A stretch of DNA of 36,008 bases, from contig CAJVPI010000308.1 of NCBI GenBank assembly GCA_910592345.1, positions 1 through 36,008 on the forward strand, read 5' to 3'. Source of the stretch: Paraglomus brasilianum (lineage: Eukaryota). Below, piece by piece: positions 11,644 through 25,153 of the stretch (position 1 is its first letter; each line of letters opens with the position of its first letter). The position numbers and the translations under genes were made by a program. Below the pieces are notes generated by a model. It was not told where the DNA came from and did not search any database. It saw nothing but the letters and a program-made list of their open reading frames with translations.

Positions 11644-12802
11644 GTTGTAGGAACAGCACACTTCCCCAACGCGGAAAAGTGATAACGAAATAGTGAAGAG
11701 TGTCCGCGCAGTATGGAACCAAAAACAAAGCAAGAATAATTAAGTAGGATATCAAGCTGGTCAGTTAAATGCGGTATTATTGAGGTCTATAAATCTCTTG
11801 CGACAAGGGAGACAGCAGAAGGAGCAAAGAGCAAGGGAGAAAAAGTTTTTGGTGTTTTTCTATTGAAAATTTCTATGGCTAATTTTAAACAAATAAATTT
11901 GTAGGACAATTTAAATAAATTCGCCTATCCTTATTATTATGGGTACTTTATCGTTAAAATAATAGTCAAACGTCAGTTAATTGATCTCGAGATGTTTGTT
12001 TGTAAATGCATACTAAAGTCAGTTCTGTTCTTGGCTTCCAGAAAAGTTTGTAACCTTATCATTTTAAACTCCCTCAAAGCAATGCTATCACTCCAAGGCT
12101 AGTTATAAGTATAGCCAATAAACCTTCTAAGCACGGACGTCTTGAGCACAATGAGTAGAACGTCTTTTCTAACGGAAGTGTTCTAAAATTTTCGAGACTT
12201 GGGCCGACACGTTTTTTACATTATGCCCGTACTAAATCGGACCTCATTACTATAGTTTGATTTTACAGGACTAAAGAATTCACACTAACAGCATTTGTTT
12301 ACGAAAATTCAAAGATGAACTTGCCACGAATGGGTAAAGGAAATCACGTTAAAAGATCACTGACAATAATCCTCCAAAGGGCATTCAAAGCAAAAGATAA
12401 CAAGAAGTGATTGTCTTAATCGCTGATACATGAAGAGTAGACCTTTTCTCATTATTATGGTGACGCGTCTCTTGTATTATCTATTATAGAGATGCGGCTG
12501 TGACAAACTGGCCGACATACCAACAACAACGCAACTCAGGAACCCGAAATTAAATTGTGCTCGACATAAAATTGATGTCACATGACTTAATTAATTAAAG
12601 ATTAAGATTAATATTAATATAGTAACTACAGCACAATCATCAAGTAACTACAACTTTTAAGATTTTCATATTTTGCCAACCTTGCCATTCTTTTTGGGAA
12701 AATTCCGTGTGAAGAGTCTATTCCAAAACCGACTAACACACTAAATAAGGCAGCCAACTGAGAATGAATTTACCTTTTTTGAAGTGATCAACTCAATTAC
12801 GG

Positions 12803-13300
12803 TACACAGTGACTCTTTATAGTGTGAGACAAAAAATCCCACGAGATATCCACAAAAGGAAATCTCACCACATAGTGATATACTAATACTATTACTATAG
12901 CGAATATCAATGCTTGTTTGATGCTTAACATTCTCATAGTTATAGTTACAATATCAACCCCACGAGATCATTTTCTTACATTTGTAATTCTTCCAAAGCA
13001 TTATTTACTTTACCAAGTATTTTGTCTCTTCATTATTCTCCGGCTCTTGAACTTCTTCACCACCTACAAACTTGACAATTTCCTCATCTGTCATTTGTTC
13101 CTTGATTATCTCTCCATAACAAAGAAGAAAAACTTTTCGTCGCTCTAATTTGACAAATTATTATCCCTCCACTACACGAGATTATTCCATAATATCTATT
13201 TGTAACACATACACTATATAGAGACGCTCTCTAGTTTAATTAGAAGGAAAAAAGTTTTCCATAATAATCGAAATCCACTGTAGCGGAGGTCCACTATAAA
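12803..13300 (-). mobile_element. Degenerate pogo/Tigger-like deletion derivative
   Basis: Ends carry CTCTTTATAGTG / CACTATA(T/A)AGA motifs like the element at 3228-3366. An internal minus-frame segment, EIIKEQMTDEEIVKFVGGEEVQEPENNEE, resembles the acidic C-terminus of Tigger/CENP-B-type transposases. Confidence 0.4.
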
Positions 13301-15342
13301 GACTACTAATGCGTGAGAAAGCAAACGTTATCTACAAGACTAACTGAAAATAATAAAGAAGCCTGGCCTAATGTATATAGTAGAAAGGGGAAGAAAGGAA
13401 ATTAACCAAAGGCCAGAATGAGGAGACAAAAAGAGGTCAGTAATTGAGAAGGATATGTTTGAAGTATATGATATATTAATATAGGATGTCTAAATAGTCC
13501 AAATGTACAGTTTGTTAAGAAAAAACCCGGAATAAGAATTTTAAGCACTGTACCTCGTTCGAAAGCTGAAAACAAGCAAATTTTAGTAATAAGAAATTCT
13601 CTCTCCCCTAGTTTCAATTATGCGCTCACAACAACTTTTATTGATCTCATTAGAGTGGTTTCTGAAATACCCATCCATTTATCTACCATAAACTGCTCCA
13701 ATTCTTCAAGATTTGGGGCATTTATTTGTTTTAAAAGATTTTCGCGTTTAAACAAGAATAAAAATTTAAATAACCTAATTTAGCAATGAGGGACGAAGTC
13801 AAGGCTAATTCAGCACCAGCAGCCCAAAGAATAATATGGCTAAGAAAACTCTACGAGTAACAGTTGAATATAAGGTAGACAAAATAAAAGTAATACAATA
13901 TTTAAAAATTCGTTATCAAGTACTGGATTAAAATTGGTATGTTGTGACATACTCACTTCAGATGTTTAAAAGCCTGTATTAGTTGTATGGTTAGAAACAA
14001 TGGATGTGTTACTGGTTTGCGAACCATGAAATAATAATAACAAATTACTTGTCTTTTATAAAAAGAACCTAGAGAGAAGCAAGTTTCAACGCTTTACCTT
14101 ACGAAAGTAATAATGAAGGGAGGGTGATTCTCTGACATTATTATAGTTCAAAATTTTACTAAACAGAAAATAAACGTTTTCATACGAGATAAAATTGGAA
14201 TTATGTAATGAATAATTATTGCGTTTACTTGAAAAAACCAAAGATGATGAAGAGCAACGTGGTTAAAAATGCACTGGTACAATAATGAATGTAATAATCG
14301 CTATCAAATTACATTGCATGTAGTAGTAGAATTTAATCAACCGTCTACTGAATGCAGAGGATAATTACTCTAAGATTGTATAGGGACATAATAACGGAGT
14401 ATTGAAATACTACGCGAAGCATTTAGTCTACTGTAGATACGGATTAATGTCGTGTGATATGAGTACGAGACTAGCGTAATTGGTAAATACAGGAGTATTA
14501 ATCCACAGCGAAAAGAATGAACGTGAAATCCAAGTTGGTTTTTTGTACTACCTTATGTAAACCATGACCTACAGTACTTCGAAAACTTGGGAGCTTCCGG
14601 CCCAACAACAGTTACGAAACCATTGTTGAAGATAAGATATTAGAACAGCAATGTGTAATAGCAGTACACTTGTTGATGCAGCTTTTTATCGCATGTATTA
14701 CGAGACAGATAACGATACTGAATGTATTATATATAGTAGGTGGAAATGAAGCATAGTTAGTAATTATACAGATCAAATGATTTCTATTGGCGTTGAAGCA
14801 TTTCAATCGAAATATATATTTTTACGACATTAATTTTATAATAACAACATTTGGAATAATGGTCGTGTGCCTTCGATAGAGCAGATTACAACAACGGGAT
14901 GGCCCATCTAGAATTAGTCAAGTGCATAAAGACAATATTAGCGTTGAAGGAAAGTTGTGTTAATCATACAAGCCCAAGCTTATACACGTCAGCAAATATG
15001 ATTACGCAAATCAGACACAATTCTTTAGTCGCCAGGAGTTATTAAAAAACATGGATGAGGAAAATCGAAATTGACTTTACTATTACTATTGGTATATAAA
15101 GTAGAACAAAATAAAAATAAGCTATGACGTGATGAGGAAGTCGGAAATTGAATAAATCTAATCTCCATAGTAATGCTAATAGTAAATAATTAACGTTATC
15201 TTATCACGTTGGTGCAAGTTGCCCGTTGTGGCTTACCACTTTTAACCCCTGAAATTAGTTCGTTCGCATACATAAAGTATAAGCAATTACTTAATACAAT
15301 AATTAGTAAAGAAATAACAATAACAAACCATAGAATTTTGTA

Positions 15343-17945
15343 ATGACGAGAGTAACCCGCTTACGGCGAAGAGAGCCGCACGCCGATGTCCACTCCGAAG
15401 ACGAAGAAGACACAACGATCGCACAGGGACTTCTTGTTCTGAGCGACATATCACAGTCCGATGTCTCATCCGACGAGGACGACGCAGATTCAGAATTAAC
15501 ACCAAGTGAGGGTGAAGAGGAAACGCCGGAACGTATCTCTGAGCATTCGCCAGAGAAATCTGGCCATGAGTCACCAAAAGACGACGTCGTGGAAGAGACT
15601 CACGCTGAAGTTAGCATTGACGGTATGTTATTTATCATTAGTATGACGTAGGCGGAAGAAGCAAAGAATGTAAATTCATTTCAATAGGATCTTTTCTTTG
15701 CATATAGAAGAAGCAGGAACCGAAGACACCCATTCAGAAAAAGGCGTGCAGAAAGAAAAAGAAATAACAGACAACGATCTATCAAGGCCTCCTACAGCGT
15801 GGGAAAAAAAAGTTCAAGCAAGACAGGAGTACCGTAAGAAACTAGCGGAGGATCCGGCGTTTGTACCTCATCTTGGGGAATTCTGGGGCCATGATGACCG
15901 CTTCATGGACGATGGTCTAAAGAATGACTCTTTTCGTCGTCGTAGCCAGCTTCCATTTGCATCAAAGTCAGTTATGAAAATATAACGAATGTATACATAT
16001 TTTCAAAGGCACTAACGTTTTTTCGTTGAACAGAGGCAAAGACGGCTGGGATTATGTCGACGGCCCATCCCCGGCTGGAAAATGGGGTCATGATGGTTTT
16101 GAAGAGCTGATGAAAATGGAAGCCGAAGAAGAAAAGAAGTATCCATCGATCAACAGAGGTCATAATCAGGTATATCTCGAGTATTGGATCGATGGCGACT
16201 ATATAGGATCTAACGTCATCTCTTATCAAAAGTTTCCTCGTCCTCCACCACATGGGCCATTTGGTAGCAGACGATCACTTCCACCGCAATTCGAGTCAAC
16301 ACGTCATTTTTCACAGAAACCACAAGAATTTCGTCGTCCGCCTCCACGTCCATCAGATAGCGTACGTTCGATTCACTCACAACCAACACCAAAATCCGTT
16401 GAATCAACCTTCAATGGTCTGTCTCATGTTATTCATTGCATACCGGAACTTGTACGATGGCAATTTTGACTAACTCTTATCGAATACTATCATCTAGGTC
16501 GATCTCATGGCATGCACAATAATAATCGAGGACAACCAAGAAACTTTGTCAACAGTCATAGGCCAAAATTCGTGAGCGAACCTCGTATGCATTTTCAGCA
16601 GCCGCCTAATAACTTTAATACAATGCGAAGTCCGGCCAATGTTAACCAAAAATTCAAGAAACGTCAGGACTATGGGAGACTCAATTTCGATCGTCATAAA
16701 CCCCGAAATAACAGGGATGTAAATTCTGAAGTTAAGCAAGTTCCTGTTGGAACGGAAGACCCAGTAGTTATTGGGAAAGTAGAGATCGAGGATATAGCTG
16801 TAGACGAAAAAGATAATATTAATAGTATTGATAATCAAGACAAGGGAAACTTTGACCGAGCAGAGAAAGCTAATGACGACGCTGAGGCTTCTAAACCAGA
16901 GTCATCTACCAACACCGAAGCAACGAAAGATGTGGAATCTGTGACGACTGATAGGACAACAGTACAGCCTCCTTCGGAGAATGATACTGGAGAGGACAAT
17001 GAGGAGGACGATTTACTACAGTCTCAAGAATCATCTGACATTGAAATAATACTAGAACATCCAAAATCGCCAAATAATGCTCTTCAAGATTATGTCCAAC
17101 GTCTTCAAGAATCAACTCATCATGGTTCAGTTGTTACGCAAGCGCCGTCTCTAGATTTATCAGATAAGGACGTTGAACACGAGAGTAATGCTCATAGAAC
17201 ACCAACAGTACGCGTAACATTGCCGGTGACCGGGGAACTCGTTGAAGTGCCAATTGCTAAGCATGAGGTTCTTGCACAAGCAGAAAAGACCGTTGTTGAA
17301 ACAGATCGCGGACAGTCCGCACAGTCAGCGTCCAAGCGATACTCAACGCGTCGGGCAGCTGCTACTGCCACCGCCAATACGGTGCCTTCATCTCCCGAGA
17401 AGGATGCACAAGCTAAGATAGAAACGAAAGGGTCTATCCCAGCGTCCGGTGAGTGTTTTTGAGGAATACTTTCTATTACTTTGAATATAGTCGAGTACCA
17501 AATATTTTGATAGCCTTTTCCGGGATACTCCATTAATGAGGATCTGTAATTGTACCGTACAGCAATATATGCCAAACCATTCCAACCCCGCTCCTTGACT
17601 AACCAATCGGAGCCACTTGCAGAGTCTGAACGTTCAGCTGATACCGAGAATACCACAGAAGTTTACGACTCTAATGATGGCAATGATAGTTACTCACCCG
17701 ATCACCCTAATTATCAAGGGCCTTCTTATGAGCATCCTCCAATTACATATCCACAAGATGGTACAGTGCCAATGCCGTATTATACAGACCCGAACGGCAC
17801 GGTGTATTACTATGATCCCAACGTATACTATTATTTCCCATCGTACCCTCCACCATATGTGCCTGGGACAAGCAATCCACCTACCAACCAATACGTGCAA
17901 ACAGGCTATGCGAATGGCCATTATGATGGAAATGGTTACATGTAA
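15343..17945 (+). CDS. CASC3/Barentsz (Btz) domain protein, exon-junction-complex component; multi-exon
   Basis: Btz/SELOR signature DPAFVPHLGEFWGHDDR...KWGHDGFEE, an acidic N-terminus and a Pro/Tyr-rich C-terminus. ORF pieces 15343, 15698, 16026, 16512 and 17550 join through GT-AG introns. Confidence 0.85.
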
Positions 17946-18762
17946 TTAATCAAAACGGAGGTTTCTCGAAAGTCGCAAGGATAAACGATAATTCCTGCAG
18001 AAGATGTCACTGGATGGCAAGAGGATTAATGTTGAAGCAGACGTTAGCACCAGGAGGAGATTCAGCAGTTTGGAGTCGTGAGATTGATTATTATGAATAT
18101 TTACCATTAATGTGAGAATCAACATGTTAACTTGTATCATCTAGTTTAATATTAAGGCAGTCTGTATAAATATGTGTATATTGAACTTTCTTCGATATTA
18201 CAGGAGTTGTCGTTTCTACGCAATTCACTCAAAGTTGCGTGATGATATAAGCCAAGTGTGCCGTTGAGCAAATAAAGTATTGTATAGTCTGTTGTAACAT
18301 ATACGGATTATTAAAGATTGGGTTCCAATGAAAGAGTTTAAACCAGAAATAGTCTTACTACCGTTTCTAATTTGGCAAACGAGTTAAGTTGCAGTTTTAA
18401 GTCACGTTTGTTCGAATGCATTTGCATTAAACTCATTGTCAGTTATATTCTAAGAAAACGATCTGTCGGATGAATTTGGCGAATGAAATCCAACTCAGGT
18501 TGGCGTGACATTCGATTATGACTCCAATGCTTCCTCGATTCTCCCCTTATATTTATTGGTCATGTGAAATTATATAATGGATAAGCCCTAATATCATTTG
18601 CGAGCATAGATACCTTTGAACTAATCATATTCTTGAATAGACAGTGAATGATCAGGCACGAGTCAGTTAATAAATGGCATATGAAAATGGTCATTGAACG
18701 AGTTGTGAGGGAGAGCTGACCTTGAGATTTAGCTCTATACTCGGCCTCACAGTTATTAGAGT

Positions 18763-19260
18763 TTTCCCGCCCGCGTAGTTGCGTTCTTATTGATGGTAAT
18801 CCTCGGTTGCAAATTTGCTTGACATGAACGGGGTAAAGCCCCTCCCTGGTGTGTATGGGAATGTATCGCGTAACTCGCGAACATCTACGCGACCAGTCAA
18901 CTACCAAAACAAATCGCGTAACCTAAATATCTGCACAACAACGCGTAGACGTTCATGCATGCATCCACGACAATCGCGAAATATGGTTCTATTTTGGAAC
19001 AAACTGTTTACATTCTTTTCACATTGTGAATGCAATGTACAACGCACACGTGCGAGAGTTCAGTGAATTCATTGTCTCAAATCAACCTAATCAGTATTGG
19101 TGCACAGTCTCTATACCAAATTAGGTCAATAATAGCTGACCGACTAACATATTTGTATACTAACGCGCAAAGTAAAAATTTCAAAATCAAAACAGACGCG
19201 TTAGAACTTAACTCGTCTAGCTTTAAATGCTCGTGATCAGAATGTAATATAAATGACGCG
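18763..19260. promoter_or_regulatory. Cluster of CGCG-core (MCB/SCB/E2F-like) sites
   Basis: CGCG at 18772, 18867, 18876, 18888, 18915, 18942, 18975, 19164, 19197 and 19257. These include ACGCGT twice and CGCGAAA; TTTCCCGC lies at 18763-18770. Confidence 0.6.
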
Positions 19261-19417
19261 AGAATGTGGAGTTCACATCTTTTCTCCAAGACAACATTCG
19301 ACTCGTTCTCACTTCAAGACCGTATATTATTATCATTCACGTATTAGAATAACTTCTAAGTTTCCCGACGACACATTTTCCTAAACACACGCTATTTCTG
19401 TAAGTGTATGCCGACCG

Positions 19418-20752
19418 ATGTCTACTACCCTAAGCAACAATACGATCTTACCTCCACTTGCACACCTCAACCTTAATCCCTACACGTTGTCTATTGAACG
19501 AAAGCAATTCAACGCACATTGTCAGCAGCAGCCCATGAGTTTAACAGAGAGACACTCGCAAACTTTTGTTTCGCAAATGTATACCCCACAATTACATCAG
19601 GAAACACTACCACGAATGCTCCCGACACGGCTAAACAATTCTCAAGGATCAGAAGAAAAAGTATGGAACTGTACCGAATGCGAAAAAAGTTATAAAGGTC
19701 GAAACGCGAGATCTATCCTGAGAAGGCATCTGAAAGACAAACATGCCGTCGACGTTCCCCGTGGAACCCGTTGGGATAATGATCCGAATAGACCAAAGTC
19801 TGATGCTGAACGGCGAGAAAGAATGTTGTTATCTAAGCGAAGGTACAATATAAAGTGATTTGTGTACTCAGCAATGTTGATATATCCTATAGAATAGATG
19901 TTAAATGAACGTAAATAGAATGTCGCAATTCTGAATAACAATGTTTGGTTATCCCATCCCACATCTGTTAATAAGCCTTTTTGAAATATACATGTAGATG
20001 GGCACAAAAAGCTCGCGCAAAAAAGAACAGCCTAAAGCAATCAACTGAGACTGATGGAAAAATACACGTTAGCACAAATGCTACTGATAATGTCCCCATC
20101 AAGCATTTTCCAACTGGTAAATAGATTCTGCATATCATACAATATGTTTCGCAATGAATACTGTCTTCTTACTTATTACATATACTTGTTTTTTATTTCC
20201 CCAGTACTTCCGTCGCCAACACATACAAATAAGACTTCGACAACAGACTCTAGCCCGACACGCTTTCAGTCGTCATTTCCAACGCAAGGTTGCCCGCCTA
20301 CACCCGAAATGCCACAAACGCCGGAGATGCAGATAACAGACTACTTTCCTCCGTCACCTAGTTTGTGCTCTCCCATCTTGGACAACAGGCACATAAAGCA
20401 TCGATGCAGCAGCGATAGTATCGATAACATGTACTCGCCTAATGCGAATGAAGCCCAATCGAGTGAAGATGAGAATGAAAGCAGCATATTTAATTCACAT
20501 TTTAGAAATTGCGGAGGACAGTCGCCCATGACATTTACAGATAAAAAGTCGTCGATTTTATATAACGGTCAACATACTTTACCGTCGTTTGCTAGTCTGT
20601 CATTGATGTCTGCTATTAGTGGCGGGTGTTTGCCACAACCAAGAATGGTGAATGAAAGAATGTTTAGAACATATGAACCATCATCGCCGGCGAGATATGC
20701 ATACAGTATGCAGATACCTGAGCGTGCTAGGATGATGGCCAGCGTTAGTTGA
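19418..20752 (+). CDS. Putative transcription factor with a single C2H2-like finger plus basic helix; exons 19418-19842, 19998-20116, 20205-20752
   Basis: CTEC-x15-HLKDKH followed by RRERMLLSKRRWAQKARAKK across the splice, then an S/P-rich tail; intron phases are compatible. Confidence 0.75.
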
Positions 20753-21978
20753 TGAATTGGGTAAGTAATGAGTTCACATGTGGTTGATGGGTTATACTCG
20801 TAACTAATACATTGATAAACTTTTAATTGTCGTTACATGTAGATGAGTATACACGGTGTATCGAAGGAAATTGTAAATATGGACATTGATAATTGTATCC
20901 CAAGTATCTTTTTTTGTGATCTTGCTATATAATATATATATAGGATTAATAATATGTACATATTATTCATTATACGTTCAGCACCCCTCTTGCAGTAGAA
21001 ATAAAGCTTCCTTTGGTGCTTGAGTTCTTATTTTCACCAGTGTTATATGATAAGTGATGATATATTATCTTCGTCGTCGGGAATATGCTTATATGTTAAA
21101 TAAGGGAAATATATATGAACATAATAAGATTACTGAATTAATATCGGAAATAAAAATGTGTAATATCGATTGAAATGATACAGTGGTTAGAATAGTTCAG
21201 TGTAGAAAAGGTGGAATCATTGGGATGCATTATGAAATAAGAGTTTTTACCAGCAATAGGGAAAGGCTACCGTTGTTTACGGCATCTGTGAATGCGATGG
21301 ACTAAACATGAGGGTTCTTCTTATCTTGCTTCATGTGTGATATTTGTATTAGCCGCTATGCATATGACTCGCCACGATAACCACACGCCTTGGCGAATAC
21401 TCGTATTTCTTCTAAGATCTAGGAAAACATAACCCAACAAGCGTAGAGCTATTAGCATTTCGCTTGGCGTCATGTCGAACTATATATACTCTTTCTTAGT
21501 TCAGTGTTTAAGTATTAACTCTTGGCAAGGCGTCGAGCGTAACCTTGTTTCAACAGAATACATCATTAGGCTAATGATCCCTACATTATATCAGTTTGTT
21601 GGGTTTATTTTATTTTTTCTTATCAAAGAGTTTGGGTACCATTTATTTTAAAGACGTCTGAGCAACTTGTTCTCCTCAAAATTGTTCTCATTTTTTCCAA
21701 TCCTGGTCATGAAATTAGAGTTTGAAGTGACCTGAATTGCTCTCTTATATACACTAGGGAAGGGGGAAACGTTTATGCGGATCCAAATTGTAATATAACT
21801 GATAATGAATTTAGTACCCGTTCGCTAGTTGCTCCTTATGGTTAAGGGAATTCAGAATTTATCGCTCATGAGCAGTGCATGTTCAAAGCTGTATTAACCG
21901 ACTTCTTGGCTTCCCAGAATCCACAATTCGGCGAATGATTAAGGGTATTGGACATAACTATATTGATAAAAACTATGG

Positions 21979-21986
21979 TGACGTCA
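21979..21986. promoter_or_regulatory. CRE/ATF site TGACGTCA
   Basis: Perfect palindrome 50 nt upstream of the ATG at 22037. Confidence 0.4.
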
Positions 21987-22036
21987 TATCTTCATAACAA
22001 GTTATCATATTTTCCTAAACAGAACGTTGAAAATTT

Positions 22037-23650
22037 ATGGATGGGAAAGCTATATACGAAAAATTTAACACAGTCCTCACGAACTATGCCATGTAATTCG
22101 ATCTGATAATTCCTTCTTCCTTGCTAACAACAAAGCTATATACAAATTCTCGATTGATATCTCTTCACTTCAGCGATGAAATAGGCATACTTCCTTATTC
22201 TCCGCCTGTTCCTCTCTCACACGATAATAATTACCCATTGATCGTTGATGAGAAAGCAAAACTGGGAATACCTGTTGATTGTGCAAATAAACTGTTTCAA
22301 TATGCCCATGAGATCTTCATGAGTACACGGAGGAGTGGAGGTTCTTTGTTTGACAAAGATTTACTACTATCTTTTCAAATAGTCTTTACATATTAACCTT
22401 GAGAAAACATAGATGATTTAGATGAAAGCAAAGTAGCGGCTATGATTGACGAAGCTAGCCGATGCCTGGTTTTGATAAACCCAGACTGTTATACTGCTGT
22501 AAATGCCAGGTATTAATACGTAACTCGTTATATAGTTAATATAGTAAAAGACTTGCATCCGCTAACATTTGCATTTCGATCAGAAAGGTGTTGGTGAGTC
22601 ACGGTATTGTAGACCCATCAGAGGAACTCAATCTCCTTGCTCTAATATTCACCGTTCCCAAACACTCAAGAAGCTCGGTTGCATGGTATCACAGGTACCT
22701 GCCTAAACTTTATACTCTTTGGACCATTGCTAATGAAAGTTGAACTGATGGATATATACTGTAATAAGAAAATGGCTCCTTCAAGCCTACCCTCATCTAA
22801 TGGAATACAAGTATGAACTCTTACTTGCCCAGCGAGCAGCCGAAGTATATCCAAAGAATTACTATGCATGGAATTATAGACATTGGGTAGTCTCAAAGAT
22901 ACCACATGATTCCTTTATCTTATTAGAACATGAGCTACAGAATATGAAACAATGGATTAGAATGAATGTATCCGATTACTCTGGTATGCAACATCGACAG
23001 AGATGTCTGATCGTAATGACTCAGCGACATATGTTGAACGACCAGGAGAACCGCGATTTATGTGGGGTCTCTCGTAATGATTTGTGGAATAGAAGAAAAG
23101 ATAGCGTCTATCTTCCCAGTAAAAATAGTAACGAGATTATACAATTATGGCGAGATGAAGTATTATTCACTAGAGATCTAATACTGACATATCCTGGTCA
23201 TGAAACATTGTGGTATCATTTGAGATTTGTGTCATTTGCATGTAGATGGTATGATATCAACAGAAGCGCGTATGGACTGATAGATAGGTCGGATAGCAAC
23301 AATTCCGCTAGCGCAATAGGTACGTGGTCTGATCAAGAGGGAGAGCTTGCCTTCGTACATCATTGTATTGAACTGGAGGAAAAGAAAGGCCTGGTCATGC
23401 CTACAAACACAACGAATGCGTCTCTTCAGAAGAAATATGCCTTAGCCTATGAATTATGGGTTAGTGAATTGGTATGGTAGTATAAATATGCCTGTTACAT
23501 CACTATTTGGTATTGAACTATATTGGCGCTGATCTCCATCGATTTTAGGATTGTAAGACTGCTAATGAAATGAAGAAGGTTACATCTCGCCTAAGTGAAC
23601 TTGTTGAGGAAACTAATTACTACCATGTTCATGCTGAGACCGGGCAATGA
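22037..23650 (+). CDS. Protein prenyltransferase alpha-subunit repeat protein (PTAR1/Ecm9-like), multi-exon
   Basis: PPTA repeats INPDCYTAVNAR, AAEVYPKNYYAWNYRHW, NVSDYSGMQHRQ and TYPGHETLWYHLR; canonical introns; last exon ends at TGA 23648-23650. Confidence 0.85.
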
Positions 23651-23935
23651 TTGTGTGCTAAACGGTAGAATTTTTTATTACAACGAATCCGATCTGACGG
23701 CAATAAAGATTTATCGCAAATATATTGAATATTTAGATTGATATTCATGTTCGACACATGAAATCTAATGGTAAAGTCTATCGAATAATAATCATTCCCA
23801 ACAGAATACAAAAAAAACAACAACCTGAATTTACAGATAATTAAAAGTTTGCAAAATCCACTATTACTATATATGGTGAACTCAATTAATTAATCAAGTA
23901 ACCAATACAACTACCATTACTCATGTATCTTTCTC

Positions 23936-25153
23936 CTACTCATGTATCCTTCTCCGACTAACGTATTCTTCATCACTCGTCTCATATCGACGCATACCCT
24001 CCTCTTCACTATCTTCAAGCCTGCTCTGACTATGACTGCCCGCCCTTCTTCGTCGGCTAGTCGAGCGAGAAGCCAGTCGCTTACTAACTGCCACTCCATC
24101 ATCATCGTAGTCATCTGTTGTGATTTCATTGTTCATCATTTCGTTGGAAGATGTCGTGGGTCTAGGAGTAGTAGATCGGCCACGCCGAGGAGTAGGAGAC
24201 CGAATACTTCCACTCTGTTTGTTAACACCTTTCCCTCTCCTACTACTTCCATTATCCTCATTATTAGTGTTATTATTGCTATTGACTGCACCATTGGTCT
24301 CATCTCTCTTGCTCCGACGTGATGGATTAAAATGATTACACTTCGGGCAGAAATATTGCACGTCGTTGAGATCTTGTTGCGATACAAGTCCATTATGTGC
24401 ATGACAGTTAGAACATATCAGAGCATATTTCTTATATGGTCCCTCCTCTCCAGCAAGCAGATCAATTACTCGATCATACCAAGTTCGTTTAAGAGGAGTG
24501 TTTGAAGGGGGTATTGTTGTGTTATAGTAACCAGGCGGTGTCAGAGAAGACTCGTCTTTTGTTTCCGAGGTTGAGGTAGGCAGACGAAGCCGCAATCCTG
24601 TAGCGGGCACTTGACTATTATCCGTAAAATGAGCATCGTTTTGACTCCATTCATTTGGTAGAGCGGGAAAATTTACCGACTTGGCTAGACTTTTCTGCGA
24701 ATTATTTACATCAAAACGTTCAATTAAATTCTGTGTCGCGTAATATCCTGTCTTTTTCTTCAACTCTTCAATTTTGAGTTTCTTTCTTGCAACGAGATGT
24801 TTCAATTGCGACCTTTCGTTGGCTTCTTTACGTCTATACCACATGCTCATGAACTTTTTAACCATCCATATTATACAGGGGAAAGCGAATACTGGAAATA
24901 GTTTAAGAAGCCACAACTGCCATGTCTCGTCATACTTACTCTTCCAGCCAAAGAAGTACCAACCACTCACGTAGGCAATATACAGCACTGTAGAAAATGC
25001 AAGCCAGAAGATTGTCGACCGCTTCTGGCGAAGTTTTATGTCACATAGGCGAACCTCCGAAGTGCTTATCTGTTCATCGAGTTCCGAGAGTATTTTTTCG
25101 TAATTGTCGTCGTCTTTCTCTTTCAAACGCAGAAGCGAGAGAAGGGGACCCAT
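23936..25153 (-). CDS. LNP1: Lunapark family ER three-way-junction protein
   Basis: MG start, YEKILSEL coiled coil, two TM helices, KIEELKKKTGYYATQNLIERFD, WYDRVIDLLAGE, and zinc ribbon YALICSNCHAHNG...FCPKCNHFN. Confidence 0.92.
   Translation of the reverse strand: MGPLLSLLRLKEKDDDNYEKILSELDEQISTSEVRLCDIKLRQKRSTIFWLAFSTVLYIAYVSGWYFFGWKSKYDETWQLWLLKLFPVFAFPCIIWMVKKFMSMWYRRKEANERSQLKHLVARKKLKIEELKKKTGYYATQNLIERFDVNNSQKSLAKSVNFPALPNEWSQNDAHFTDNSQVPATGLRLRLPTSTSETKDESSLTPPGYYNTTIPPSNTPLKRTWYDRVIDLLAGEEGPYKKYALICSNCHAHNGLVSQQDLNDVQYFCPKCNHFNPSRRSKRDETNGAVNSNNNTNNEDNGSSRRGKGVNKQSGSIRSPTPRRGRSTTPRPTTSSNEMMNNEITTDDYDDDGVAVSKRLASRSTSRRRRAGSHSQSRLEDSEEEGMRRYETSDEEYVSRRRIHE

Noticed and set aside
11440..11733. 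97-aa minus ORF as a standalone gene
   Set aside because: It has a TTG start and no recognisable domain. Only its middle part is interpreted as uORF exon 1 and the rest is intron read-through.
14230..14810. Protein-like fragments in the ODC-CASC3 intergenic region
   Set aside because: The fragments are short, frame-broken and unidentifiable.
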